Source: Bdellovibrionales bacterium
GTDB taxonomy: Bacteria > Bdellovibrionota > Bdellovibrionia > Bdellovibrionales > UBA1609
Assembly: GCA_965199825.1 (NCBI GenBank)
Contig: OZ241329.1
Coordinates: forward strand, 2,432,001 to 2,496,000
Length of the DNA stretch: 64,000 nucleotides
Direction: 5' to 3'
Below the pieces are notes generated by a model. That model was not told where the DNA came from. It was given only the letters and a program-made list of their open reading frames with translations, and made no database searches. Position numbers and translations under genes: made by a program. Every line of letters begins with the position of its first letter. The first letter of the stretch is position 1. Shown piece after piece: positions 50,704 to 60,106 of this stretch.

Positions 50704-51731
50704 TGAAAGAAAAATCTCACTTTGCACTTGTTCTTCCAGGTGCGGTTGCTCGAGGTGCTTACGAAGCGGGAGTGATCGAAGTTTTGAGCGAGCAAAAAAT
50801 CCAGATCGACCGCATTGTGGCTACAAGTTCAGGTGCTTTGAATGGATTGAGCTATGCGGTTGGTATTCGCAGCGGCCGCGAAACCAAAATGGCAAAAAAA
50901 TTGATCGACTCGTGGATCGCCAAAGGTGGATGGCACGAGTCGCTCAATATCAGTTTTTGGAGCCTTCTTCGGGGTAAAGGCCTATCAAATAAAGATAGTT
51001 TAATTAAGCTGATGCGCGAAATGATTCAACCTTGCACTTCGCAAAATAAAAAAGATGTTGAGCTCCGAATAATTGTGACTCCCCTAAACGGAGTGACTTC
51101 AAAAATCGGCAAAAATTCGGCGACCACCTTTGAACATGTGATCAGTTTTACAGGCGAGCAATTTGACACCCAAAAAGGTTTGGACGAGGTTTTCGAGGTG
51201 GTCGGTGCGGCCTGTGCATTTCCGGGATTATTTAGCCCGGTGGAGTTGCCAGGGCTTGGAGCTTGCGTTGATGGCGGTGCGGTGAACAACGCCCCCATCA
51301 AGTATGCACTCGAAGAATCAGGGGTCAATCGTGTGATGATGCCCGTGCCCTTTCCAGCAATGATGCCGCCAGGGGAATTTAAAAGTGGATTTGGTTTGCT
51401 CAATCATCTGATCGAAATATTGATTAATGAGCGTTTGTTTCGTGATCTACAAAACGCCCAGAGTGTGAACAAAGAGGCCGATCGACTTAAAACTTTGGTG
51501 GCTCAAGGAAAATTGAGCCAAGACCAACTCGAAATCATCCAAAATGAATTGTCGATTCGAAATGTTGAAATCACCGAGATCCGCCCGCAGACCGCCCAAA
51601 AGAGTAGTGCATTTTCAGGATTTTTTAATAAAGGTGATCGTGTGCAATTAGTGAAAGAAGGTCAAGAGGCCGCCCGCTTGGCACTTCAAAAAATTCCTGC
51701 GCACAATCCAAAAGGCAAACAGACAACTTAA
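50703..51731 (+). CDS. Patatin-like phospholipase
   Basis: LVLPGAVARGAYEAG, ATSSG (Ser nucleophile), AFPGLF, VDGG; TAATG coupling to ALDH stop. Confidence 0.88.
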   Translation: MKEKSHFALVLPGAVARGAYEAGVIEVLSEQKIQIDRIVATSSGALNGLSYAVGIRSGRETKMAKKLIDSWIAKGGWHESLNISFWSLLRGKGLSNKDSLIKLMREMIQPCTSQNKKDVELRIIVTPLNGVTSKIGKNSATTFEHVISFTGEQFDTQKGLDEVFEVVGAACAFPGLFSPVELPGLGACVDGGAVNNAPIKYALEESGVNRVMMPVPFPAMMPPGEFKSGFGLLNHLIEILINERLFRDLQNAQSVNKEADRLKTLVAQGKLSQDQLEIIQNELSIRNVEITEIRPQTAQKSSAFSGFFNKGDRVQLVKEGQEAARLALQKIPAHNPKGKQTT

Positions 51732-52279
51732 AAGCGACCGATCTTTATCAGCCCAGCAGACAGATCAATCGAGGGTCCCAGAGAGAAAGTGATCCCTTCA
51801 AGACGCAACTTTTCTTCAGGGTCATAATCTCTAAGACCATTGCCGTTTGAACGTGCGTAATGCCCATAATTAGGCCCCATAAAAACCGAAAATCCGTATT
51901 GAGTGCCTTTGTAAACGCCGCTAATTTCGGAAGATTTTTTTGAATGAAGAACAGCAGCAAAAATATTAACCGAAGCCCCTATGGTGCTGCCTGGAAAAAG
52001 CGGAAGTCCCTCGGACCAAAAATAATATTTATTTCCTTCTTTATCGATGCATCCAGCAACAGAGTTGGTAATCACAAAAACATCAATATCACCACTGATA
52101 CAATAAATGACCGCAGTCGAGCGACTGCTGTAATCAAAGTGCCGCGAGACTTTATCGACAGTCTTTTCGAGCAAAGTCATCTGTTGAGCATTGGGTAATT
52201 TTCGATACATTTCCATGAATTCGTCGTAAGGACCCGCAAAAGCACTCGAACATATAAATAAAAATACAATAATACGCAT
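51728..52279 (-). CDS. Secreted hypothetical protein
   Basis: Signal ending AFA; Gly-rich beta-type C-terminal half. Confidence 0.7.
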   Translation of the reverse strand: MRIIVFLFICSSAFAGPYDEFMEMYRKLPNAQQMTLLEKTVDKVSRHFDYSSRSTAVIYCISGDIDVFVITNSVAGCIDKEGNKYYFWSEGLPLFPGSTIGASVNIFAAVLHSKKSSEISGVYKGTQYGFSVFMGPNYGHYARSNGNGLRDYDPEEKLRLEGITFSLGPSIDLSAGLIKIGRF

Positions 52280-52292
52280 AGCTAGATCTTAG

Positions 52293-52308
52293 AGCAGGTT
52301 TTGTGCCA
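52293..52308 (-). promoter_or_regulatory. Candidate sigma54 promoter
   Basis: Minus strand TGGCACAAAACCTGCT = TGGCAC consensus with GG-N10-GC, 13 nt upstream of ATG 52279. Confidence 0.55.
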
Positions 52309-52376
52309 CATTTCAATAGATCAAATCTGCCTTGATCATTGAGGCAAACTTCTTACAATAGAGATTGGAGGAATTT

Positions 52377-52544
52377 ATGCGACTACTCATTTTATTATTG
52401 GCGTTTGCACCTTATACATTTGCCGACGAACCGCCCGTTCCCGAAACCGAACGAACACCTCAGTCGATTCAAAGCATTAAGCCAGATGCCGAACTCGAAC
52501 AACCCATCATCATCGATATCAACGATCAAACCGGCCGCAATTAG
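52377..52544 (+). CDS. 55-aa secreted acidic peptide (not in ORF track)
   Basis: GGAGG RBS; MRLLILLLAFAPYTFA-DEPPVPETERTPQSIQSIKPDAELEQPIIIDINDQTGRN*. Confidence 0.7.
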   Translation: MRLLILLLAFAPYTFADEPPVPETERTPQSIQSIKPDAELEQPIIIDINDQTGRN

Positions 52545-52665
52545 GACGCGCTCTACCTTGGTCCACACTTTCAAAACGGAAGTGCGTCAAAATCGAATCA
52601 TATAAAGTTGCTACATGTTTGTGTCGGGTTTACAAAATATAGGAAGGGATTTTGGTGGAAACTTA

Positions 52666-54237
52666 ATGCGCAGAATGAAAGTGCTTGTTGTTGACAGCAG
52701 CGGAGAAAATTCTGAGGCATTCTCAATTCTCAATGACCACGGCGATCTCGAACCCTTCCTATCAACCGATCAAGATAGCACTCTCAATATTTTAAACACC
52801 CATACCTTCGACTTGATCATATTCAGCACTATATCTTCGTTTAAAAAAAAATTGGATTTAGCTTCGGTTGTTCGCTCACATCAAAAAAATTGTGATCTCA
52901 TTTTTTTAATTCAGCCCAACGAGTTGGGGCTGGTAAATACAACCAAAGAAAAATTTGAGCGCTTAGATATTTTCTTTGAGCCCTTTGATCCGGTCTATTT
53001 TGAATTTAAAATCCAATTTCATTTGGAATTATTTAAACAAAAAAAGTTGATCCATCGTCAGCTCGAAGAGATCGAGCATTTAAGAGTCGAAGCCGATTCG
53101 GCCAATTTGGCCAAGGGTCAGTTCTTGGCCAATATCTCTCATGAGATTCGCACTCCACTTGCGGCTGTGATGGGCTTTTCAGAATTGATTGCCAGGAACA
53201 ATCCTCCAAATGAGCAAAACAAAGAATTGATGGCCGCGATCGAGCGCAATGGAACCCTTTTATTAAGACTCGTCGATGATATTCTTGATTTATCAAAAAG
53301 CGAAATCAACCAAGTTGAAATCGAAAAGTCGGTTTTTAATCTTAAAGAATTGATTTCGGATATCTATGCCACGGTCAGTTTTCGCGCTCGCGAAAAAGGC
53401 TTAGATGTTCTGTTCAAATTGCCCGAAGTGATTCAATCCAATTATGTATCGGACCCCACGAGAATTAAACAAATTTTATTAAACGTTGTTGGCAATGCCA
53501 TCAAATTTAGCTCCAGTGGCAAAATAGAATTGATCATGAGCTTACAGCCCTCTGAGCTGTGCGAGCGATTGACCTTTTTTGTAAGTGATGAGGGTATTGG
53601 ACTCTCACCCAACCAAATTGAGAATTTATTTAAACCATTTAGCCAAGCCGATGCCTCGACCCGTCGTAACCACGGAGGATCTGGTTTGGGCCTTGCGATC
53701 TCAAGACAAATTGCTCGATCTCTTAAAGGCGATCTGACACTGGCATCTTCAATCCCAGGGCAGGGATCGATTTTTAAAATTGAGATCTTGCTGGATCTAC
53801 CAAAAAAACAAAATCTTGAAATCGTCCGTAAAAATAAAGAGCCTTCAACCGTTGATTTGCGAGGAAAAACTATATTGGCGGTGGATGACTCCCACGATAA
53901 TCTTATGCTCATCTCGCAGTTTTTAAAAGATTCAGGGGCACATATTAGTTTTGTCGACAGTGGGATCCAGGCTGTCGACAAAGTTAAACAAAACAATTTT
54001 GATTTGATCCTGATGGATATTCAAATGCCTGGGATGGATGGCAATCAAACCACCGAAGAAATCAGGCACCTTGGCTTTAGCCGGCCAATCTTAGCCCTCA
54101 CCGCCCATGCGTTAAGATCCGAGCATGATCGATGTCTTGATGCGGGTTGTACAGGAGTTTTAACAAAACCGATCTTGCGAGCCACCCTCATCGAAAAAAT
54201 CAGTGAGCATCTGAAGCTTGCGGCTTTAAGCGTTTAG
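52666..54237 (+). CDS. Hybrid sensor histidine kinase (degenerate REC-HisKA-HATPase-REC)
   Basis: FLANISHEIRTPL, NVVGNAIKF, DEGIG, GGSGLGL, LMDIQMPGMDG. Confidence 0.93.
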   Translation: MRRMKVLVVDSSGENSEAFSILNDHGDLEPFLSTDQDSTLNILNTHTFDLIIFSTISSFKKKLDLASVVRSHQKNCDLIFLIQPNELGLVNTTKEKFERLDIFFEPFDPVYFEFKIQFHLELFKQKKLIHRQLEEIEHLRVEADSANLAKGQFLANISHEIRTPLAAVMGFSELIARNNPPNEQNKELMAAIERNGTLLLRLVDDILDLSKSEINQVEIEKSVFNLKELISDIYATVSFRAREKGLDVLFKLPEVIQSNYVSDPTRIKQILLNVVGNAIKFSSSGKIELIMSLQPSELCERLTFFVSDEGIGLSPNQIENLFKPFSQADASTRRNHGGSGLGLAISRQIARSLKGDLTLASSIPGQGSIFKIEILLDLPKKQNLEIVRKNKEPSTVDLRGKTILAVDDSHDNLMLISQFLKDSGAHISFVDSGIQAVDKVKQNNFDLILMDIQMPGMDGNQTTEEIRHLGFSRPILALTAHALRSEHDRCLDAGCTGVLTKPILRATLIEKISEHLKLAALSV

Positions 54238-55365
54238 AGCTTGGTGAATGTTTTTTCTAAAAATGAGAGTGAGCGGCAAAAGCACAGCCACAAGGGTGGC
54301 TGCCGAAGTGGCGATCCAAATCGGATAGCTTTCAAAAAAACTCGAGGGCACTCGATCAAGTGTGGGAAGACTTGAAGCCAAAATATTTCGCAAAAGATCA
54401 AATAGAATCATGTCACACATTGCACCCAAACAAATTCCTACAGAACTTAAAAAAACAGCTTCCCAAATCAGCCACATCATAATCTCGAATTTTTGATAAC
54501 CCAACGAGCGAACCACCGCAATTTGGAGTTCGATCACTTCGAAGCGGGCAAAAAGCATGAGCGCAATAGCAAGCCCACTTAAAAGTAAAATTAAAAAATT
54601 AATCACCCAACTGAGGGTTTGGCCAAGTCCCATCAAGGACTTAAGCCTTTCGAGTTGTGGAGCAACCTCAACAAACTGAGCAACACTGCGTTGGTTGATT
54701 AATGATTTTAATTCGGCGGGCGCAGAGCTTGAGAGCCGAATCAAAAAATAATTCAGAACTTGGTTTCCCCAAATCGATGTTTTTGGATCAATCAAAGATT
54801 GGGCTTCTGCGAGAGGAATAAAGCTCATTAAATCCCAAAAATTATGTTGCGGTTGAAATTGCCCAACCACCACAAATTCTCGCTGCAAAAACGTGATCTT
54901 TTGGTTTATCGCAACGCTTGCCCCGATTACGATCTCGCCGGAATGAATCGGAAGTCGCCCCGACTGCAAATCAAAATGCAGTCGATCAAGGTCTGTCCCG
55001 ATTCCAAATTTATCAAAATACAAAATGGGCATGATTGTTTTAATACTTGAGGTTGAAACATCGGCCCCGTCTCCAAACTTGACCCCATGCTCAAAACGTA
55101 AAGACTGATACAATTTAAATGGTAAATAACCGTTATTTATATATTCGCCATTGAGTGCACCCAAAAGAATATCGTTGGGATCTGATTTCGGACCGATCAC
55201 CACATCAAAGCTCGAATCAAGAGACTGCATGCGATGGCTCGACAAAGTATTTAGACGGTAAAGAACCCCACTGGTTGTCACAGCGATTGCGATGGCGATC
55301 ACCGCAAGAGTGGTGCTGAGTGGTTTTCTAACCAAATACAGATAGGCAAGTTTAGCCGGCCGCAT
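54226..55365 (-). CDS. FtsX/MacB-type ABC permease
   Basis: N-terminal TM, periplasmic domain, IAVVRSLG, three C-terminal TMs; start MRPAKL inferred. Confidence 0.8.
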   Translation of the reverse strand: MRPAKLAYLYLVRKPLSTTLAVIAIAIAVTTSGVLYRLNTLSSHRMQSLDSSFDVVIGPKSDPNDILLGALNGEYINNGYLPFKLYQSLRFEHGVKFGDGADVSTSSIKTIMPILYFDKFGIGTDLDRLHFDLQSGRLPIHSGEIVIGASVAINQKITFLQREFVVVGQFQPQHNFWDLMSFIPLAEAQSLIDPKTSIWGNQVLNYFLIRLSSSAPAELKSLINQRSVAQFVEVAPQLERLKSLMGLGQTLSWVINFLILLLSGLAIALMLFARFEVIELQIAVVRSLGYQKFEIMMWLIWEAVFLSSVGICLGAMCDMILFDLLRNILASSLPTLDRVPSSFFESYPIWIATSAATLVAVLLPLTLIFRKNIHQALNA

Positions 55366-55978
55366 TTTTGGTCCATTGCGAAAAATCAATGATGGAGTCA
55401 AACTGATCATCAAAACGAAAATCGTGACTGGCAACAATGAGAGTGTGTTTTCCGTCAAATAGACTTTTCATGACAGCCTTGCCATTGATTTCATCAAGAC
55501 TTGAAGTTGGCTCATCAGCCAGTATCAGTTGAGCATTCATACTTAAAGCCCTCGCACACGCAACACGTTGTTGCTCACCTAGACTTAAGGTTTTGGTCAA
55601 AGTTTTAGCTTTGTGATTTAAATTTAATTTATTTAAAATTTGGCTAACCGATATATTGGTTTCAACCAGCTGGATGTTTTCTTCCACGGTTAAAAATCCT
55701 AAAAGATTCAGCCGCTGAAATATCAGGCCGATTTCACTCCGGCGAAGCGCACATTTTTGGCCCTCGCTCATTTGCTCTAAATGATTTTTGCCGATTTGAA
55801 TTTTGCCAGAGTGCGGTTGAAATAAACCAGCCAACAGATGAAGAAACGTGGTCTTTCCTTTGCCACTCGCTCCGCGGATTAAAATCTTTTGGCCACTTAA
55901 AACTTTAAATTGATCAATAAAAAATAATTTTGATTGATCCGGCTTTAAGACCTCGACCGCCATGAGTTGCACATCCAT
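55352..55978 (-). CDS. ABC transporter ATP-binding protein (LolD-like)
   Basis: GASGKGKTT, LSLGEQQRVA, LADEPTSSLD. Confidence 0.9.
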   Translation of the reverse strand: MDVQLMAVEVLKPDQSKLFFIDQFKVLSGQKILIRGASGKGKTTFLHLLAGLFQPHSGKIQIGKNHLEQMSEGQKCALRRSEIGLIFQRLNLLGFLTVEENIQLVETNISVSQILNKLNLNHKAKTLTKTLSLGEQQRVACARALSMNAQLILADEPTSSLDEINGKAVMKSLFDGKHTLIVASHDFRFDDQFDSIIDFSQWTKNAAG

Positions 55979-56059
55979 CCTGATAGAGTCACAGCTTCGG
56001 ATTTATTTGCCAATAAAAATTGCGAGCGCTAAACGTCTGATTCATAGGAGAATTTTAAT

Positions 56060-56809
56060 ATGGTTACATTGTCGTTACTTGTCGCGATCCTGCCTTTATC
56101 TCTGGCAAAAATTAAAACCGAAACGGTGGAATACAAACAAGATCAAACCACATTAGAGGGTTTTTTGGCTTATGATGATCAATCCAAAGCGATGAAGCCG
56201 GGTGCGGTCATTTTTCACGACTGGATGGGGATTTCTGATTTTACCAAAGAAAAAGCGATTCAAATGGCAAAAATGGGATACATCGCATTCGCAGCCGATA
56301 TGTTTGGCAAAAATATTCGGCCAAAAAATCATGAAGAAGCCGCAAAGGCGATGACCACGGTAAAAACCGATCTCGAACTTTTAAGAAAAAGAACTCAAGC
56401 CGCGCTTGATCAGTTGCAAAAAAATAAATCGGTCGATCCCAGTCATATTATTGCCTTTGGTTTTTGTTTTGGTGGGACATGTGCCCTTGAGCTTGGCCGA
56501 ACTGGTGCTCCCCTCACCAAGATTGCATCCTTTCATGGGGGCCTTGCAACTCCGCGTCCCGAAGATGCCAAGAACATAAAGGGCAAAGTTTTAATTATGC
56601 ATGGAGCAGAGGATCCCTTTGTGCCCGCAAAAGAGGTCGAAGAATTTAAAAAAGGAATGGCTCATGTGAATATGAAATTTATCTCGTACCCTGGCGCGGT
56701 GCATGCGTTTACCAATCCAATGGCGGGTTCAGATAAATCAAAAGGTTTGGCCTACAATCCTGAAGTTGCCAAAAAAGCGTGGGATGATTTTACTCAATTT
56801 ATAAAATAA
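56060..56809 (+). CDS. Dienelactone hydrolase family protein (secreted)
   Basis: HDWMG, GFCFGG, SFHG, HGAED, YPGAVHAF. Confidence 0.92.
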   Translation: MVTLSLLVAILPLSLAKIKTETVEYKQDQTTLEGFLAYDDQSKAMKPGAVIFHDWMGISDFTKEKAIQMAKMGYIAFAADMFGKNIRPKNHEEAAKAMTTVKTDLELLRKRTQAALDQLQKNKSVDPSHIIAFGFCFGGTCALELGRTGAPLTKIASFHGGLATPRPEDAKNIKGKVLIMHGAEDPFVPAKEVEEFKKGMAHVNMKFISYPGAVHAFTNPMAGSDKSKGLAYNPEVAKKAWDDFTQFIK

Positions 56810-56810
56810 A

Positions 56811-57518
56811 CTACATGCCCAAATAATGGCGTTGAACATCGGAGCTTTCTAAAAGCTCCTTACCCGTGCCGGCCAAAACAATTTGGCCAGTTTCTAAAAC
56901 ATAAGCGCGATGAGCCAATTGAAGAGCGAGTCGCGCGTTTTGTTCCACCAATAATATAGTCATACCATTTTTATTTAGTGTTTTTAAAATCTCAAAAATT
57001 TGGGCTACGATAATTGGTGCAAGTCCAAGTGAGGGCTCATCCAGCAAAAGTATTTTTGGCTGCGACAAGATCGCTCGAGAAATCGCAAGCATCTGCTGCT
57101 CGCCCCCCGAAAGTGTTCCGGCCTGTTGTGAGGCCCGCTCTCTGAGGCGCGGAAAAAGCTCGAACACATAATCAGTATCGCGAGCAATGGCCGAATGATC
57201 ACTCCGGTGGTAGGATCCAAGTCGAAGATTTTCTGACACACTCATATTGCCAAAGATCCCTCGGCCCTCAGGGCAATGAACAAGTCCATCGCGCACTCGG
57301 CTCTCCGACGTCTTTCCCTCAAGCGATTGATCAAGAAAATGAATTTGCCCCTGGCATTTGATCAGTCCAGACAGGGCATGAAGAATCGATGTTTTGCCCG
57401 CGCCGTTTGCTCCTATCAAAGTGACGATTTCGCCCTCTTTGACATCAAACGAAATATCTTTGACCGCCTTAATCGATCCATAAGACACATTTAAATTTTT
57501 AACATTTAAAACGATCAT
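56811..57518 (-). CDS. livF: Branched-chain amino acid ABC ATPase
   Basis: GANGAGKT, CPEGRGIF, LSGGEQQMLAI, LLVEQN. Confidence 0.93.
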   Translation of the reverse strand: MIVLNVKNLNVSYGSIKAVKDISFDVKEGEIVTLIGANGAGKTSILHALSGLIKCQGQIHFLDQSLEGKTSESRVRDGLVHCPEGRGIFGNMSVSENLRLGSYHRSDHSAIARDTDYVFELFPRLRERASQQAGTLSGGEQQMLAISRAILSQPKILLLDEPSLGLAPIIVAQIFEILKTLNKNGMTILLVEQNARLALQLAHRAYVLETGQIVLAGTGKELLESSDVQRHYLGM

Positions 57519-58294
57519 GCGGGTTCGGTTCCTAAATAAGCTTCGATTACTTTTTTATTTTTTATGATCTCTTCGGGCTTTCCTTGAGCTATCAATTCAC
57601 CATGATCAAGCACGACGATCTTTTCGCAAATGCCCATGACCAATTTCATATCGTGCTCAATCAGTAAGATCGCCACATTAAACTCATTACGAATTTTTGA
57701 AATCAAGTGCATCAGCGATTTGGTTTCTGAAGGATTCATCCCCGCAGCAGGCTCATCAAGCAATAAAAGTTTAGGCTCGGTCGACAAGGCCCTTACAATT
57801 TCGAGCCGACGTTGCTGACCATAAGACAAATTGCCCGCGCGCTCATTCTTCACATCGCTGAGAGAAAATAAATCGAGCAGTTGAAGAGCAAAGGCCTCAA
57901 GACCTTTTTCTTGCGCAACGAATTTTTTTGTTTGAATTAATCCACTCAAAAAACCGTAGTTGATTTTTTTGGCAGCCGCAATCAGCACATTTTCTAAAAC
58001 CGAGAGGTTTGAAAAAAGCCGAATGTTCTGAAAGGTTCGTGCAATCCCAATCCGGTTGACCGCGTAGGGTTTGAGTCCATGAACTTCGCGTTCATTAAAC
58101 AAAATTTGTCCAGAGGTTGGCTCATAAACACCAGAGAGCAGATTGAATGCGGTGGTTTTGCCAGCCCCATTGGGTCCGATTAAACCCACAAGCTCCTGCG
58201 GTTGAACTTCAAAACTCAAACCCTCAAGGGCTTGAAGTCCGCCAAAACGAATGCCTAAGTTTTTGACCTCGAGCAGTTTTTTAGCGACTGGCAT
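57515..58294 (-). CDS. livG: Branched-chain amino acid ABC ATPase
   Basis: FGGL, GPNGAGKTT, ARTFQNIRLF, LSYGQQRRLEI, DEPAAG, AYLG. Confidence 0.93.
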   Translation of the reverse strand: MPVAKKLLEVKNLGIRFGGLQALEGLSFEVQPQELVGLIGPNGAGKTTAFNLLSGVYEPTSGQILFNEREVHGLKPYAVNRIGIARTFQNIRLFSNLSVLENVLIAAAKKINYGFLSGLIQTKKFVAQEKGLEAFALQLLDLFSLSDVKNERAGNLSYGQQRRLEIVRALSTEPKLLLLDEPAAGMNPSETKSLMHLISKIRNEFNVAILLIEHDMKLVMGICEKIVVLDHGELIAQGKPEEIIKNKKVIEAYLGTEPA

Positions 58295-59207
58295 AATTTC
58301 CCAGCAAACCACGAGGTCGCAAGAGCATCAGACCAATTAATAAAAGAGAATAAATAATCATGCGAAGATCATAACCAATTAATGTTTGTAAAGGCCGCAA
58401 GAGCTCGGGCAAAACGGTGACCAAGATTGCGCCCAAGATCGACCCGCTCAAACTCCCCATCCCGCCGAGGACCACCATGATCACCACATCGACTGATTTG
58501 ATAAACTGAAAGATCGAAGGATTTAAATTTCCGGTAAAATGGGCAAATAAACTTCCCGCCGCACCAGCAAAAAAACTTGATATCACAAAGGCCTGCACCT
58601 TAATCAATGTGGTATTAAGGCCCAAAGATTCGGCAGCAATTTCATTTTCACGAACCGCCAAAAAATTTCGTCCGCGATTCATTTTCATCAGGCGAGAAAT
58701 TAAAAACACGGTGACTAAAGCCCACATCACAATGTGGCCATCACTCAAAATTGTTTGGGGAATAAAGGCGATATTGGACATGCCTCGAGCACCCCCGACC
58801 GCTTCGAGATTTAAAAGTCCCACCCGAATGATTTCACCAAACCCAAGTGTGACGATCGCTAAATAATCCCCGCGCAATCGCAATGAAGGCAGACCAACGA
58901 GCACACCAAAGCCTGCGGCAACCAATCCGCCACAAAGGGCATAGAGTGGAAAATTAAGCCAATAAAGGCTTGCACTAAAAGGGTGAAATGTTTGGGCAAG
59001 CCAAGCTGAGGAGTAAGCCCCAACAGCCATAAAGCCCGCATGGCCCAATGAAAATTGGCCGGTCATTCCATTAATCAAATTGAGGCTTGTGCTCAAAATA
59101 ATTCCGATAAAACAGAGCACAACAATTTGCTGAATGTAAGCATTTACAAATTCTAAACCATAGCTAATCAAAACGGTGCCGAGCACCAATCCCAAAAACC
59201 ACTTCAT
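58281..59207 (-). CDS. livM: Branched-chain amino acid ABC permease
   Basis: GQFSLGHAGF, LRLRGDYLAIVTLGFGEI, VVLGGMGS. Confidence 0.92.
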   Translation of the reverse strand: MKWFLGLVLGTVLISYGLEFVNAYIQQIVVLCFIGIILSTSLNLINGMTGQFSLGHAGFMAVGAYSSAWLAQTFHPFSASLYWLNFPLYALCGGLVAAGFGVLVGLPSLRLRGDYLAIVTLGFGEIIRVGLLNLEAVGGARGMSNIAFIPQTILSDGHIVMWALVTVFLISRLMKMNRGRNFLAVRENEIAAESLGLNTTLIKVQAFVISSFFAGAAGSLFAHFTGNLNPSIFQFIKSVDVVIMVVLGGMGSLSGSILGAILVTVLPELLRPLQTLIGYDLRMIIYSLLLIGLMLLRPRGLLGNYASR

Positions 59208-60106
59208 ACTTTTTCGGCCTGCTTCGTGCCTAAAAGACCAGTGGGTTTCCAAACCAAAACAACAATCAAAATTCCAAACGCAAAAGCATCACGGTAGCTC
59301 GATGACAAATAGCCACCCACAAATTCTTCACAAATGCCCATTAGCAAACTGCCCAACACCGCGCCCGAAAAACTGCCGATCCCGCCCAGCACGGCTGCAA
59401 CAAAGGCTTTGAGTCCATAGACCATTCCCATCAGCACATCAATTTTGGAATATTTAATTCCGACCAACACACTCGCCACTCCGGCAAGCCCTGAGCCAAT
59501 CACAAAGGTCAAAAGCACGATGCGATTGACCGAAATTCCCATTAAAGAAGCAACCTTGGGATCATAACTCACCGCCCGCATGGCCAAACCGGTTTTGGTT
59601 TTTTGGACAAAAAATCTTAACAGCAACATGATGATGACCGTCACGCTTAAAAGTGTGACATCAACTAAACGTATTTGAATTTGTCCCCACGAAAAAACCA
59701 CGCTGTCGTTTATAATTTCGGGAAAAGATTCTGGAGCTGCACCAAAAATTTGTTGCCCTGTGAATTGCAAAAATAAACTCACACCAATTGCGGTGATGAG
59801 CACATTCACTTTTGGTGAAGATCTTAGAGGTCGATAAGCCAAACGCTCAATCAGCAAACCAAGTACCGCACAGGTGGTCGAAGCAATTGCGATACAAATC
59901 AGCAATGAGACAAGACCCGGCGACTCGGCCAGTTTTAAATATTTTGCCCCATAAAACGCTGCAAAAGCCCCAACCATATAAACATCAGAATGGGCAAAGT
60001 TGATGAGCTGGAGAATCCCGTAAACCATTGTATAGCCTAGAGCAATCAACCCATAGATTGCTCCCACGTTCAGGCCATTAATAAGATGTTGTACTAGATT
60101 TTCCAT
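59204..60106 (-). CDS. livH: Branched-chain amino acid ABC permease
   Basis: YGLIALGYTMVYGI..INFAH, ERLAYRPLR, KAFVAAVLGGIGS. Confidence 0.93.
   Translation of the reverse strand: MENLVQHLINGLNVGAIYGLIALGYTMVYGILQLINFAHSDVYMVGAFAAFYGAKYLKLAESPGLVSLLICIAIASTTCAVLGLLIERLAYRPLRSSPKVNVLITAIGVSLFLQFTGQQIFGAAPESFPEIINDSVVFSWGQIQIRLVDVTLLSVTVIIMLLLRFFVQKTKTGLAMRAVSYDPKVASLMGISVNRIVLLTFVIGSGLAGVASVLVGIKYSKIDVLMGMVYGLKAFVAAVLGGIGSFSGAVLGSLLMGICEEFVGGYLSSSYRDAFAFGILIVVLVWKPTGLLGTKQAEKV

Noticed and set aside
52339..52605. 88-aa ORF in the track
   Set aside because: The overlapping frame 52377-52544 has the RBS and signal peptide and is the better gene call
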